A stretch of 64,000 nucleotides of DNA from a virus, in IMG/VR virus record IMGVR_UViG_3300045988_129289; one strand, written 5' to 3'. A program made the position numbers and the translations under genes. Numbering within the stretch: position 1 is the first letter of the stretch; every line of letters starts with the position of its first letter. Of the stretch, positions 46,742 through 57,824 are shown one piece after another. The notes below the pieces were generated by a model, which saw nothing but the letters and a program-made list of their open reading frames with translations, did not search any database and was not told the DNA's origin.

Positions 46742-47220
46742 ATGTTCACAGCTTACAGAGATCATTAAACAATTTGTGTTTGCAACTTGACGATAAATAT
46801 CTTATAAATAATGGTGGATGTTGTTTTGTTGCATATTTGATTGCCTTTCATCTAGATAGGTTAGGGCTAAGATATAAGTTGCTTATTTTTACAAATGAGT
46901 TAAAAGATGATATTAGTATCTCATCAGAAGTTCATTCTAAAGTCAAGAATAACTCAAGAAGAACCTCCATAGTAGGTTCAGAAACTTGTTGTCACTATGC
47001 TCTATATTTAGAAGGAGGGGGAACTGTAAATGTTGGAGGGTTTGATATTCTTCCTAATAAATATCTAGTTGAAGATATAAATTCCTCTAATATTAAATGG
47101 GTTTATAGGTCTGGAAGATGGAATCAAAACTATAATATCCGTAACAATAGAATTATTCGTAAAACTTTTAATGCATTTTTTAATGGCTACGAAGAAAGAA
47201 ACGGTTTATCCAATCACTAA
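46729..47220 (+). CDS. hypothetical protein
   Basis: ORF track 163 aa. Confidence 0.5.
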   Translation: MRNLNVHSLQRSLNNLCLQLDDKYLINNGGCCFVAYLIAFHLDRLGLRYKLLIFTNELKDDISISSEVHSKVKNNSRRTSIVGSETCCHYALYLEGGGTVNVGGFDILPNKYLVEDINSSNIKWVYRSGRWNQNYNIRNNRIIRKTFNAFFNGYEERNGLSNH

Positions 47221-47228
47221 GACATTAC

Positions 47229-47322
47229 TATGTCCTAGGTGTAGACAAAGGGGGAAGCATACCCTCTATGTTCCTGAGTATGCAATTTATAAATGTACAA
47301 TTTGTGGTAATATACACGCATG
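47229..47322 (+). CDS. zinc-ribbon mini-protein (31 aa, CxxC...CxxC)
   Basis: MSPRCRQRGKHTLYVPEYAIYKCTICGNIHA; stop overlaps ATG 47320 (ATGA). Confidence 0.35.
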
Positions 47323-47766
47323 AAAGAAGAAAATGTTAAAAGTCCTATTAAGGCAACCCAGGGTGATGAGGATCGCTGGGTAGATGTGCACGATGATGCA
47401 CTTATGGTTGAATTGGGTATTCACCCTCGTCCTGTAACTCCTAGAGACCCTAGTGTCTGGAGTAAAAGCAAACAGGAGAAGAAAATACTCAGAACTCTAA
47501 GATGTGCTCATAAGGGAAAAATGCATCTTGGTACCTCTCCTCGTAAGGTAATTCCTGTACGAGCTAAGCTTATTGTTCAGCTAAAGAAGAACAAACGATT
47601 CCCATATACAACATACTCTACTATCTGTGGCATGCATCAGATAGGAGATGTTCTTAACTTCTTCCATCAGTGGGATCGTCAAAATAGAGTGATGGTTAGT
47701 GTTGTAGCTAAGTATACCTTCAATGGGAAAACGTACACGCCAAACGAACGACCATTCTGGAAGTAA
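47320..47766 (+). CDS. hypothetical protein
   Basis: ORF track 148 aa. Confidence 0.5.
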   Translation: MKEENVKSPIKATQGDEDRWVDVHDDALMVELGIHPRPVTPRDPSVWSKSKQEKKILRTLRCAHKGKMHLGTSPRKVIPVRAKLIVQLKKNKRFPYTTYSTICGMHQIGDVLNFFHQWDRQNRVMVSVVAKYTFNGKTYTPNERPFWK

Positions 47767-48046
47767 GTTTTATAAGTATGAAGGGGGGATTGTTGAACTC
47801 CTTCCTACTTTCACGTATGAAGTAACCTTAAGTAAGTATTGGAATAATGGTTTCTGCCAACTTGGTAGTAAGTTATACAAGGCTGATAGGTTACTTCATA
47901 TAAAGGATAATTGTATTGTAACAAAATATGATGGATACAGTATCGAGAAAGAAATCTCCTTGATAGGTGTCCCTCAAGAGTTTGTAGATGAAATGAATCT
48001 ACCACTCTATGTTTCTAAACCAAATAAAAAATTAAAGAAAAAATGA
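47723..48046 (+). CDS. hypothetical protein (may be frameshifted continuation of 47320-47766)
   Basis: ORF track 107 aa overlapping previous ORF by 44 nt. Confidence 0.4.
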   Translation: MGKRTRQTNDHSGSKFYKYEGGIVELLPTFTYEVTLSKYWNNGFCQLGSKLYKADRLLHIKDNCIVTKYDGYSIEKEISLIGVPQEFVDEMNLPLYVSKPNKKLKKK

Positions 48047-48603
48047 ATAACGAAATCGTACTTAAGGACAAGTTTGTTGATTATGCTGGTAAAGAGCATC
48101 AGTTTATAATTGCAGCTACAAAGGTTGCACTCAAGAATACTGATGCCGGTTCTCCATTGGTAATGAAGATTGTTAATGGAATTGGTGAGGCCCTTGGATG
48201 TGTTCAGGTAGGCTTACAGATTGGTGTGTCCATCTGTAATCCAGTAGATGAGTTCAGTGAGAAAGTAGGCACACTTAAGGCAATTGCTCGTGCTAAGAAC
48301 TCTGATATTGCATTTTATGCTGCTCATCCTGGACAGATGAGTGACAATCTCATTCGTACTTATCTTGCTCAGGAAGCAGAATATATTAAGGAGAATCCTG
48401 AGAAGTACATCAAGGGATATAATGATGCCAAGGCTCGTTTCTTGAAGCATCAGGAAATGGAGAAGGTGAAGGAGAACTTTACTGACATTGAGAAGGTTAT
48501 CGTAGAAGGAGTGAAAAAGGATCCTACTTACCTTGACAATGTACAGAAGTATCTTGACTATCTGAACAAGCAAACTAAGAAATGCGGAAAGCAGAGAAAG
48601 TAA
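48043..48603 (+). CDS. hypothetical protein
   Basis: ORF track 186 aa. Confidence 0.55.
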   Translation: MNNEIVLKDKFVDYAGKEHQFIIAATKVALKNTDAGSPLVMKIVNGIGEALGCVQVGLQIGVSICNPVDEFSEKVGTLKAIARAKNSDIAFYAAHPGQMSDNLIRTYLAQEAEYIKENPEKYIKGYNDAKARFLKHQEMEKVKENFTDIEKVIVEGVKKDPTYLDNVQKYLDYLNKQTKKCGKQRK

Positions 48604-49185
48604 TTCTGGTTTTCTTTATATTTACTAGTTTAGCTTTAGGATATATTATATTTAAGCCTGAGAAACAAGTTCAGACTCCAGACTATTCTGAAAGAATAGA
48701 TTCTTTGGAGTCTGAACTCTCCTTCATAAAGAGTAAAAGGGATTCCATAGCAGGAAGAATTGATACAACTGTAATTAAAATTGAACAGAATGAAAAGAGC
48801 TACAAAGAGACTATTAGTAACATTGTTAATAACACTACTAGCGACGATTACATCTTCTTCATCAACTATCTCAAGTGGAATAGAGAAAGATTCGACAGTA
48901 TCAATAACTCCGACTCAACTGAAGGAGACTAATCTAATCTTTGCTGAACATCATAAGTTATTGATTGAAAACCAATTACTTTCTGAGCAATTAAATAATT
49001 ATAAGGAAGATAACAAACTTCTTACAAGAGCTGATTCGGTTAGACAAGCTCAGATTAAAGTCTACAAAGATTGGAATAAGTCTTTAACTAAGGATCTCAA
49101 TAAGAAAAATAGAACTCTATTTTTCTGGAAAATTGGAGGCATTATAGTTAGTTCTGGTTTATTAGTACTTCTGTTAGTAAAGTGA
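48582..49185 (+). CDS. coiled-coil protein with C-terminal TM helix (two overlapping ORFs, possible frameshift)
   Basis: ORF track 48582-48932 and 48781-49185 overlap in different frames. Confidence 0.4.
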
Positions 49186-49354
49186 GCCTTATAAGGATAG
49201 AAAAAGATAAATTTGGAGTTAAATTAAAGTTTCCTAATAGGGAATGTAAGTCTTGTAGAAGGTATCCATGCTTTCGTGGAATTGAAAAGTGTTCTTCTAA
49301 TTTTGCAGCCTATGGTTGCACCTATTATAGGGAACTTAATTCTTCAAATTAATC

Positions 49355-49660
49355 ATGACTGTTCTAGCTAAATTATTAGCTAGTGAAGAGGATGCTCTCG
49401 GCTATACAACATATGTCTTTGAGTGTCTAGATGAGGACGTGATTAAAGAAACTAGGTACATTATGTGCACTAGGTATCCAAATTGGGATCACCGTAAGAT
49501 AGAGATAGGTGAGGTTGGTTTTCTAAACTTCTTTGAAGTAAAGGCTGGAGTTGATAAGTGGTTTGACGGAAACAAATTTGTCCCTTACCGCTACAGTAAC
49601 GTTCAGTTTATGAAGTTTGTAGAAAAACCTATTAAAAAACCTCACAAGTTTACAATGTAA
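49355..49660 (+). CDS. hypothetical protein
   Basis: ORF track 101 aa. Confidence 0.5.
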   Translation: MTVLAKLLASEEDALGYTTYVFECLDEDVIKETRYIMCTRYPNWDHRKIEIGEVGFLNFFEVKAGVDKWFDGNKFVPYRYSNVQFMKFVEKPIKKPHKFTM

Positions 49661-49704
49661 GATATAATTTAAAAAATAACAATATGAAAGACAGTAAATA
49701 AATT

Positions 49705-50574
49705 ATGACAGTAATGAGAGACAAACTTATGGAGGCAATGGAAGCAAAGAATAATGATATTAAGTCATTTGTATGGAAACTTGCACGAAAGGCAGATGGA
49801 ACTCAGGAGGAGATTCATCTCGTTGACGCTACTCCAGAACAACTTAATCAATTCTACAAGCATTGTTTATCAATGCTTCATAGTACTGATAAGTTAAATC
49901 CTGGTAGATATATTCTTTTGGACATTATTAGCGAGCAGCGTAAGAAGTGTAACGTTGAACTCTTCCTTCGTAAGTTGGAGTCTGGTGAAATATGCGCAGA
50001 TGGCAAACCTTACCCTCGTCATCTGTATATTCAAGATCTTCGCGGATATATGAATAGTCATAAGGAGGATTTCCCTTCTAATGAACTGAAGAATATCTCT
50101 ATTGCGGCTTGCACTGGAGGTCTTCCTAGAGAGTTTGAGAGAATCTCTATAGAGGATGTTCTTGACGGAGGCTTGGATCAGCTTGGTTATTTTGATAACA
50201 AACATATAACTTTTAGTTTCATTCTTAATATGGGTGTATATCTTACTCCATCTGAAATGAAGGAGTTCGATGAGAAGGATAAGGATGGAAATACACGTAG
50301 TAAGCTTGAAATAATTAAGGAGCGCCTTAATATTAAGAATACTGTACGTTTAACTGTAAAGCCTACAGGTCTTAATTTCAATGAACTGCGTGCTATGGTC
50401 AATTTAAGACCTAAGAAGTATTCTGAGTTGACTACTGATCAACTTATGGTACTTCGCAATAAGGTTCTGTTCCGTTTGGAAAATGAGGTTATGTTCCACA
50501 TTGACCAGTGGGAGGAGAGAATCCGTCAGCTTAAACTAGTTGCAGAAAATCGTGGAATCACGCTTGAAGACTAA
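49705..50574 (+). CDS. hypothetical protein
   Basis: ORF track 289 aa. Confidence 0.55.
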   Translation: MTVMRDKLMEAMEAKNNDIKSFVWKLARKADGTQEEIHLVDATPEQLNQFYKHCLSMLHSTDKLNPGRYILLDIISEQRKKCNVELFLRKLESGEICADGKPYPRHLYIQDLRGYMNSHKEDFPSNELKNISIAACTGGLPREFERISIEDVLDGGLDQLGYFDNKHITFSFILNMGVYLTPSEMKEFDEKDKDGNTRSKLEIIKERLNIKNTVRLTVKPTGLNFNELRAMVNLRPKKYSELTTDQLMVLRNKVLFRLENEVMFHIDQWEERIRQLKLVAENRGITLED

Positions 50575-50661
50575 TGGATAAGCTATTAGATTTTCTTATT
50601 AACTGTCAGAGTTTCATCAATGTAGATAACTATGCTATATTGTTATATGGGCTGATAGAAT

Positions 50662-51942
50662 ATGCAAGAATCTACCTTTAAAAGGACTACCAGAGATGAA
50701 AGGCAGGAGGAGTGTCGAGTCAAATGGGTAAAAAATAAGTGTAAGGGAACAATAGTTGCATCCACTGGTTTTGGAAAGACTAGAGTTGGCCTTAACTGTA
50801 TTAAAACAGTCCTGAGAAAATATCCAAGTATGAAAGTCATAGTTATAGTTCCTACTACTGCCCTAAAAGAGCAGTGGCTAGGGCTACTTGACTTGAATGG
50901 ATTGTCTCTTAATTGTGAGGTATTAGTAATTAATACTGCTATTAAGGGATTATATAAATGTGACATTATGGTGATTGATGAAATCCATAGGGTTGCAGCA
51001 GATACATTGAAGCACGTCTTTGAAACTGTTAATTATAAATATATTCTTGGTTTAACAGCAACCTTTGAGAGACTTGACGGAAAGCATGAGTTGCTTAAGA
51101 AATACTGCCCCGTTATTGATGAAATCACCCTTGCTGAATCAAAATTCCAAGGATGGATTTCTGACTATAAGGAATACCAAGTTATACTAGATGTTGATGA
51201 TATTGCTACCTATAAAGAAATGAATAGGGAATTTACTGAACACTTTGAGTTCTTTAATTTCGACTGGGAGAAAGTTATGAACTGCCTGGGACCAAGGGGG
51301 TTTATGTATCGTTCTCAATTGAGGGATGAAATGTGTCCTAATGGGACAGAGGAGCAAAGAAAGCAGGTATTTAAGCAGATAACATATCATGCAACACAGT
51401 TTATGCGAATTATACAGTCTAGAAAAGCTTTTATTAATAATCATCCAAAAAAGATAGAAGTTGCTAGACGAATTATTCAAGCTAGACCAAATTCTAAGAT
51501 TATTACTTTTTCAAATAATGTCAAGATGGCAGAATCTATAGGCATGGGGGGAAAAGTGTTTTCTGGAAAAGATAGTAAGAAGAAGGGAAGAATGACGATA
51601 GAGGAATTTAGTACTGAAAAGACTGGAATATTACATACCATCAAAAAAGCCGATGAAGGCTTAGATGTACCAGGATTATCAGTTGCTATTATACTTGGTC
51701 TAGATTCTTCTAAAATTCGCAAGACACAACGAATAGGACGTGTGGCTAGGAAGGAAGGTGACAAAAAGGCTGAAATATTTACGTTAGTCTTAGATCAAAC
51801 TGTTGAGACAGAATGGTTTAAGAAATCTAACAATTCTACAAGTGTTATTACAATTGATGAAAAAGGGTTAGACGACGTTTTAGCTGGAAGGGAACCTAAG
51901 CCTTATGTTAAACATATTAAGGACTTTACATTTAGATATTAA
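50662..51942 (+). CDS. superfamily 2 DEAD/DEAH-box helicase
   Basis: ASTGFGKT (motif I), VIDEIH (motif II), GLTATFER (motif III). Confidence 0.7.
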   Translation: MQESTFKRTTRDERQEECRVKWVKNKCKGTIVASTGFGKTRVGLNCIKTVLRKYPSMKVIVIVPTTALKEQWLGLLDLNGLSLNCEVLVINTAIKGLYKCDIMVIDEIHRVAADTLKHVFETVNYKYILGLTATFERLDGKHELLKKYCPVIDEITLAESKFQGWISDYKEYQVILDVDDIATYKEMNREFTEHFEFFNFDWEKVMNCLGPRGFMYRSQLRDEMCPNGTEEQRKQVFKQITYHATQFMRIIQSRKAFINNHPKKIEVARRIIQARPNSKIITFSNNVKMAESIGMGGKVFSGKDSKKKGRMTIEEFSTEKTGILHTIKKADEGLDVPGLSVAIILGLDSSKIRKTQRIGRVARKEGDKKAEIFTLVLDQTVETEWFKKSNNSTSVITIDEKGLDDVLAGREPKPYVKHIKDFTFRY

Positions 51943-52210
51943 TATATGATAAATGAGAAAATGAATGAACTTCTCATTCTAAGCTCCCTCTTAAGTACAA
52001 TTAATACAAAGGATATTGAATATAACGGAGAAACTAGAATGATTAAAAGAAATGACAGAACTTATTACAACGTGGATAAAATGCAAGAAAGAGCAGAAAT
52101 CTTAGTTGAGGAGTTTATGGAGCCGTATGCAATTTGATTCCACCTCGAAAGAGGTCTAACTTATGTGCAGTTGTAAGATTAGTATTTTTCAATATTAACT
52201 TATAAACTGC

Positions 52211-52828
52211 TTGAAAAATTTAACTTTAACACTAGAAGAAGAAATATCTATACTTGATAAGTATAGAATAACCCCAAACGAGCTGATGTTTATCAGAACT
52301 TTACTGTTGCTTCAGGATGAAGAGAATGAAGATATATTCAAATCATACATAGAAGCATTATATAAATGTGAAGTGAAAACTAGGGAGGTTATTCTATCTT
52401 TACAGAGTAAAGGAATTATTCTAAAGAGTTTTCATTGTCCAAAGGAAGGAGAAGCTTTTGACCCATATTCTATACCATTCAATAAGAACTTTATAAAGAA
52501 CCTTTATAGGTGCTCTTTTGAAATGGGAAAGGAATTGTTTGAAGCATATCCTCAATTTGGAATTATAGGAACCTCCACGGTTCCGTTAAGAACTGTAGCT
52601 AAAAAGTTTGATTCATTAGAAGAAGCTTATTTTAGATATGGTAAAAGCATTAGGTGGAATGAAGAAAAACATAATCAAATCATTAAATTAGTTAGATGGG
52701 CGAAAGATAATAATATTATTAACTGTAGTCTGGCTAGCTTTATTATTAATCAGGGATGGATTGATCTAGAAGCCCTTAGGAAGGGAGATGGCGCTAATGT
52801 TAATTTTGACGCAATTAAGTTAGTATGA
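52211..52828 (+). CDS. hypothetical protein (replication module)
   Basis: ORF track 205 aa. Confidence 0.5.
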   Translation: MKNLTLTLEEEISILDKYRITPNELMFIRTLLLLQDEENEDIFKSYIEALYKCEVKTREVILSLQSKGIILKSFHCPKEGEAFDPYSIPFNKNFIKNLYRCSFEMGKELFEAYPQFGIIGTSTVPLRTVAKKFDSLEEAYFRYGKSIRWNEEKHNQIIKLVRWAKDNNIINCSLASFIINQGWIDLEALRKGDGANVNFDAIKLV

Positions 52829-53928
52829 TAACTGGTAGAGAAGAGTTTTTTAACCTAGTTCGTGAAGGACGAGAGGGTAAGAATATTGGTTTATCTGTAG
52901 GTTCTAAAAGATTGGAAAGCTTTATAGATGGCTATTTACCAGGAACTAGCTACTTGATAGGTGCTGCGTCTGGTGTAGGTAAATCAACCTATGCTCTATG
53001 GACATTTGTATACCAGCCACTTATTCACTTTCTTGATGGAGAATGTCCAGAGAGAGATCCAAGATGGATTCTCTTTAGTTTAGAGATGACTAGAAGCCAA
53101 GTATATGCAAAACTAGTGTCCATGTATATTATGGATAAGTTTGGAGTAGAGCTTAGATATAAGGAGATGTTCTCTAGAGGTAAAGATTGTATCCTATCTG
53201 ACGATAGATATGAACTTCTAGAGAAAGCTTCTGAATTTATGGATGTACTTGATGAAAGACTAACCTTTTACGAGGGGAGTCTAACTGAGGCAGTATATCT
53301 TAAGGAAGTCGAAAAAGAACTCAGAAAGTATGGAGAATTTACGGAGGGTGGTTATATCCCTAATAATCCTCAACAGATTCTTGGAGTTCTTGTGGATCAC
53401 TTTACTCTCGTTAAAGCAACTTCTGGAAGATCTAAGAAAGAGGAAATAGATGCGATTTCTAGAGACTCTGTAATGCTTAGAAATAAAACTAAGATTATGA
53501 GTCCTATTCACATCGCTCAGTTTAATAGAGATTCTAACAATCAAGAAAGAATGAAGCAAGGGTTGCAAGATCCTTCCTCCAATGATTTCAAGGATAGTGG
53601 TGCTCTCTATGAGGATAGTCAAGTAGTTCTTGCACTATTCAGTCCTCATAAATATAAGCTCTCATCTTATAGGAAGTATGATATTAAGACATTGGAACAA
53701 TGTTTCATAGGTCTATTTCTTTTAAAGAGTAGATTTGGTACTTCCGACATAATGGTTCCTCTAGGTTATTATGGTGATAGTTCTCACTATATAGAATTAC
53801 CTAAACCTGATGAAATATTTGATTATGAAAAATATAAAAGTCCAGAATGGGCTTTGGAAGAGCAGCAAGATAACGTAAAGATAGAAGATGATAATAAAAC
53901 TATTCAAAAATCTAAATTTACATTATAA
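52825..53928 (+). CDS. DnaB-like replicative helicase (RecA-fold C-terminal domain)
   Basis: LIGAASGVGKSTYAL Walker A followed by ILFSLEMTRSQVYAKL (DnaB SLEM motif). Confidence 0.65.
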   Translation: MITGREEFFNLVREGREGKNIGLSVGSKRLESFIDGYLPGTSYLIGAASGVGKSTYALWTFVYQPLIHFLDGECPERDPRWILFSLEMTRSQVYAKLVSMYIMDKFGVELRYKEMFSRGKDCILSDDRYELLEKASEFMDVLDERLTFYEGSLTEAVYLKEVEKELRKYGEFTEGGYIPNNPQQILGVLVDHFTLVKATSGRSKKEEIDAISRDSVMLRNKTKIMSPIHIAQFNRDSNNQERMKQGLQDPSSNDFKDSGALYEDSQVVLALFSPHKYKLSSYRKYDIKTLEQCFIGLFLLKSRFGTSDIMVPLGYYGDSSHYIELPKPDEIFDYEKYKSPEWALEEQQDNVKIEDDNKTIQKSKFTL

Positions 53929-54620
53929 TGGCTGAATTAATAGCAATCGTCGGTGAAAGTGGAAGTGGTAAAACTTCAAGTGTTAGAAATCTTGACCCAG
54001 CAAAGACCTTTATCATATCAACAACTGGTAAGCGTCCTGGAATTAAGGGAGCTAACAAGAAATATCCTTCTTTCACTGTTCAGGATGGAAAAGTTTCTGG
54101 AAACTTCTATGTCTCTGCAAATGTTGATCAAATCGGTAAGGTATTACAGATTATCGACAAGAAAATGCTACACATTACAACTGTCGTCATAGACGATTTC
54201 CAGTATGTGATGGGCTTTGAGGCAATGGACAGAGCTAAGGAGAAGAGCTATGATAAATTTACTGATATGGCACAGCATGCATATCAGGTGTTGAAGTCTG
54301 CAATGAATATGCGTGATGACTTAAATGTTGTAGTCTCTACTCATAGTGAAAACATGGGTGATAGAGTGTCTCCTTATTACAAAATGAAGACTCTCGGAAA
54401 GATGTTGGATTCTGTGATTACTCTGGAAGGTTTGTTTACTTATGTGTTCTTCACTACTATACAGCGTGATGAGGACAATAAGCCTTCATATAAGTTTATC
54501 ACTAATTCTGATGGTACCTGTACTGCTAAGTCTCCAATGGGATTATTTAACGATATTTATATCGATAATGATCTTGATTATGTGGTAAAGCGTATTAAGG
54601 AATATAACGAGGAAGACTAA
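53928..54620 (+). CDS. P-loop NTPase (Sak4/AAA_24-like?)
   Basis: IAIVGESGSGKTS Walker A, VVIDDFQ Walker B. Confidence 0.5.
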   Translation: MAELIAIVGESGSGKTSSVRNLDPAKTFIISTTGKRPGIKGANKKYPSFTVQDGKVSGNFYVSANVDQIGKVLQIIDKKMLHITTVVIDDFQYVMGFEAMDRAKEKSYDKFTDMAQHAYQVLKSAMNMRDDLNVVVSTHSENMGDRVSPYYKMKTLGKMLDSVITLEGLFTYVFFTTIQRDEDNKPSYKFITNSDGTCTAKSPMGLFNDIYIDNDLDYVVKRIKEYNEED

Positions 54621-55219
54621 TGCCTACTGTAAAAGAAACTTTTATCCTAAGTCTAACCTATGAAATGTCGGTGGACACAGAGACCGGCGAAGTGTTAGAA
54701 ACTAAGCTTATTGACAGGAGTGTTAATAAGCCAGTTAAAGCAATGAAAGCAACTGCAAATGAGGCAGTGCAAGATGATGATAAAGAGCCAAAACTTTATT
54801 TGGAAGATAATAAGTGTAGACTTAACTCTAAGGCTGTATCCCTTATGGGGATTAGCCCAGGAGATAAGTTAGACATCAAGTATGATGATGGAAAGAATGG
54901 TTCAGTTCCTATCATTGGAACTGATGAGGCTTTTGGTACGAAGGGAGGTAATAAACTGACTAAGTCAAATACCATAGCCTGCAGAGGTAGCAAGAATGAG
55001 GAACTTTCCAAATATGGAAAGGAATTTGTCCTAGCTATACACCCATCGAAAGCCGGATTATTCGTACTTACTTCTGAAGAGGTGGCTGTAGATCAATTAG
55101 TTGGAGATGACAATGTTAATATTGACACTCCAGAAGGGATAGATCTTAATTTAGAAGGATTAGTAGATGACAAAGATGCAAATGTAAGTTCTATAGATAC
55201 AAACTTCTTTAAACTTTAA
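54620..55219 (+). CDS. acidic hypothetical protein
   Basis: ORF track 199 aa. Confidence 0.5.
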   Translation: MPTVKETFILSLTYEMSVDTETGEVLETKLIDRSVNKPVKAMKATANEAVQDDDKEPKLYLEDNKCRLNSKAVSLMGISPGDKLDIKYDDGKNGSVPIIGTDEAFGTKGGNKLTKSNTIACRGSKNEELSKYGKEFVLAIHPSKAGLFVLTSEEVAVDQLVGDDNVNIDTPEGIDLNLEGLVDDKDANVSSIDTNFFKL

Positions 55220-55231
55220 TTTGTAAATATT

Positions 55232-55939
55232 ATGTCAGAATTTAATTTTGGTAGTCTCGCAACAACACAAGCAACTTCTAATGTACAGCAACGTCTTAAA
55301 CCTTGGGGAATTTATCCTGTAAAGTTCTCAGGAGCTCGTAAGGAAACTATTAAGGGTAAGAAAGACCCTAATGCAGTTTATGAAATTCTTAAGGTTCGTT
55401 TCGACGGAACTGATGGATATTATGAAGAGTCTATCTTCTATCCTAAGGATGGAGATGAAAAACGTCCTACTTATACAAGTAAAGAGGGTCATGAATATCA
55501 GGGAGCGTCTTCTTTTGATAGAACAATGACCTTTATTGCACAAGTAGCAGAGGTTCTCAATCCAGAAGGATTCAAAAAGATGCAGGCAGCTAGTGCTAAG
55601 TTTAGATCTTTTGATGATGTAGTTACTGCATTCATAAAGATTACTGACAGCGCCAAAGGTAAAGAAACTAATCTCAAACTTGTAGGAAGAACACAAAATG
55701 GAAACGTTGTAGCAAGTCTTCCTAAGTTTGTTGCAATAAATAAGAATGGAGAGAAGTTTACCTGTGATAATTTCGTGGGTGATAAACTTTTCTTCTCTGC
55801 TTACGAAGAGTCTAAAAAGGCAGAATATCTGAGTGCTAAACCAACTAACATGGATAGTGGTGAAAATTCTACTATTGCCAAGGAAGTTGATGGCAAAGCA
55901 GCAGGTTCTGAAGATATAGACTTCGAATCATTGCTTTAA
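55232..55939 (+). CDS. candidate single-stranded DNA-binding protein
   Basis: 235 aa in replication module with acidic C-terminal tail EDIDFESLL resembling SSB DDDIPF tail. Confidence 0.4.
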   Translation: MSEFNFGSLATTQATSNVQQRLKPWGIYPVKFSGARKETIKGKKDPNAVYEILKVRFDGTDGYYEESIFYPKDGDEKRPTYTSKEGHEYQGASSFDRTMTFIAQVAEVLNPEGFKKMQAASAKFRSFDDVVTAFIKITDSAKGKETNLKLVGRTQNGNVVASLPKFVAINKNGEKFTCDNFVGDKLFFSAYEESKKAEYLSAKPTNMDSGENSTIAKEVDGKAAGSEDIDFESLL

Positions 55940-56031
55940 TAAGAATTAAGAGGTATCTACTGGGATAGTAGGTATCTCTATTTTGGTTTTTACTAGAAAT
56001 TTAGTATTTTTGTGTTCTAAACACAATTATT

Positions 56032-57042
56032 ATGGACTTCTCGTTTCAACCAAAAATTACTAAAGAATTAATTTTATCTAGGTTCTCTGAGGAGCAACTT
56101 ATGGAATACTACTTACACCTTCCAGTTAAGAAGGGGTTATTTCGTTCTCCTCTAAGGAGAGATAAGCAACCAACTTGTAGTTTCTATAGGAATAAGTCTG
56201 GAACATTAATATTTAAGGATTTTGCAACTGGACAGCATTTAAATATATTTGATGTAGTCCAGTCTATCTTTAGATGTGACTATTTCGAGTCACTTAGAAT
56301 TATTGCTAATGACTTTGGAATTGTTCGAGATAGTGCTCTACATAAGAATCCAGGTAAGATTAATTTAAATCCTATTAAGATTAAAGATAAAGAGATATCA
56401 AAGATTCAAATTGAGGTACAGGAATTTACAGACGGTGAACTTAAATGGTGGGGGAAATATGGAATCTCCAAGGACATCTTAAAGCGCTTTAACGTATATT
56501 CATGTAAGCATGTTTTTCTAAATGATCAATTGTTTGCTGAGTCACAGCAACATTGCCCTATATTTGGGTATTATGGCAAGAAGTATCAAGGTCTTGAGCT
56601 TTGGAGATGCTATTTTCCAAAGAGAACTTCTTTTAGGTTTATAACAAATTGGCCTAGTAAAAAGATTCAGGGCTATGACCAGCTACCAAAGAAAGGAAAG
56701 CTGCTGGTGATCACCAAATCAATGAAGGATAGTATGTGCCTTTATTCCTGTGGAATAACTGCATGCGCTCCAAATAGTGAAAATTTATTTATTTCCGACA
56801 AGGTTCTGGAGGACTTAAAGAGTCGATTCAAGAATATTGTAGTTCTATATGATAACGATAGACCTGGCTTATACAATATGGCTAAGATCCGGAGAGAGCA
56901 TCCAGAGCTTACTTACGTATTTATTCCTAAGAGATATGGAAGTAAGGATATATCAGATTTTTATAAAGATCATGGAAGAAAAGAAACACTCAATTTAATA
57001 AAAACATTTATATTATGGTTAAAAGAACATAGACAGAATTAG
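56032..57042 (+). CDS. DNA primase (TOPRIM domain)
   Basis: ORF track 336 aa; VVLYDNDRPG ... SKDISDFY TOPRIM-like acidic motifs; ends TAG. Confidence 0.55.
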   Translation: MDFSFQPKITKELILSRFSEEQLMEYYLHLPVKKGLFRSPLRRDKQPTCSFYRNKSGTLIFKDFATGQHLNIFDVVQSIFRCDYFESLRIIANDFGIVRDSALHKNPGKINLNPIKIKDKEISKIQIEVQEFTDGELKWWGKYGISKDILKRFNVYSCKHVFLNDQLFAESQQHCPIFGYYGKKYQGLELWRCYFPKRTSFRFITNWPSKKIQGYDQLPKKGKLLVITKSMKDSMCLYSCGITACAPNSENLFISDKVLEDLKSRFKNIVVLYDNDRPGLYNMAKIRREHPELTYVFIPKRYGSKDISDFYKDHGRKETLNLIKTFILWLKEHRQN

Positions 57043-57584
57043 ACACATCTGTAAGGGCAACTTTCAAGGATGGAACTTCTAAAGACTTTGCATCTATAGA
57101 GGAGGCTAGTAATGGTACAGGAATATCTGTTGCAGCTATTAAGATTAGGTGTAATAAGCCCGGAACTGGTGGAAAAGACAAGACTACCTTTGAATGGTTA
57201 AATGATACTACTGCTAGACACTATAGAGCCAAGAAATCCAAGAACAAAGGAGCAGGCTTAGAAGCAGAAGTTGTAAATAAACTGAAGGAGATTGGTTATA
57301 GCGGGGTATGTAGAGCTGCTGGAGAGTCTAAGAATTTAGATGCTTCTAAGGTCGATATCGCAGATATTAATCATGAACTTGAAGTAGCTATTCAGTGCAA
57401 GCATTATGCTAAATTTCCAAATTACTTTGACATAAAGGACGAGTGTACGGATCCTCGTGATTTTGTCTTAGTTTGGAAGAAATCAGCCCAAGCAGGAGAG
57501 AACAGTAAAGGAACAGTAGCTGTTCTTGATATAGACTTTTTTTATAGGTTATTAAAAACTTACCATGAATATGGAAACAAGTAA
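57015..57584 (+). CDS. PD-(D/E)xK nuclease with N-terminal DNA-binding module, contains in-frame TAG (homing-endonuclease-like)
   Basis: ATG 57015, TAG at 57030 in frame, TAA 57582; VDIADINHELEVAIQCK = D...E.K core. Confidence 0.45.
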
Positions 57585-57614
57585 TGTTCACGGTCTAAAA
57601 GACCAGGACGAGTA

Positions 57615-57824
57615 ATGAATAAATATATAATTCCAGTATGTAATATCTCAAATTCAAAGGTATATAACCTTAGGATAATCGCAAATTCTAATGCTGATTG
57701 TCAAGACAAAATTATGGAAAAATTTGCAGACTATTCTGAATGCGATTCCTATCGTGATTTTATTAAAGATTTGAATAGTCAGGATATTCTTATTGGGGCA
57801 ATAACTGATATAGAAGAATTATGA
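57615..57824 (+). CDS. hypothetical protein
   Basis: ORF track 69 aa. Confidence 0.4.
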   Translation: MNKYIIPVCNISNSKVYNLRIIANSNADCQDKIMEKFADYSECDSYRDFIKDLNSQDILIGAITDIEEL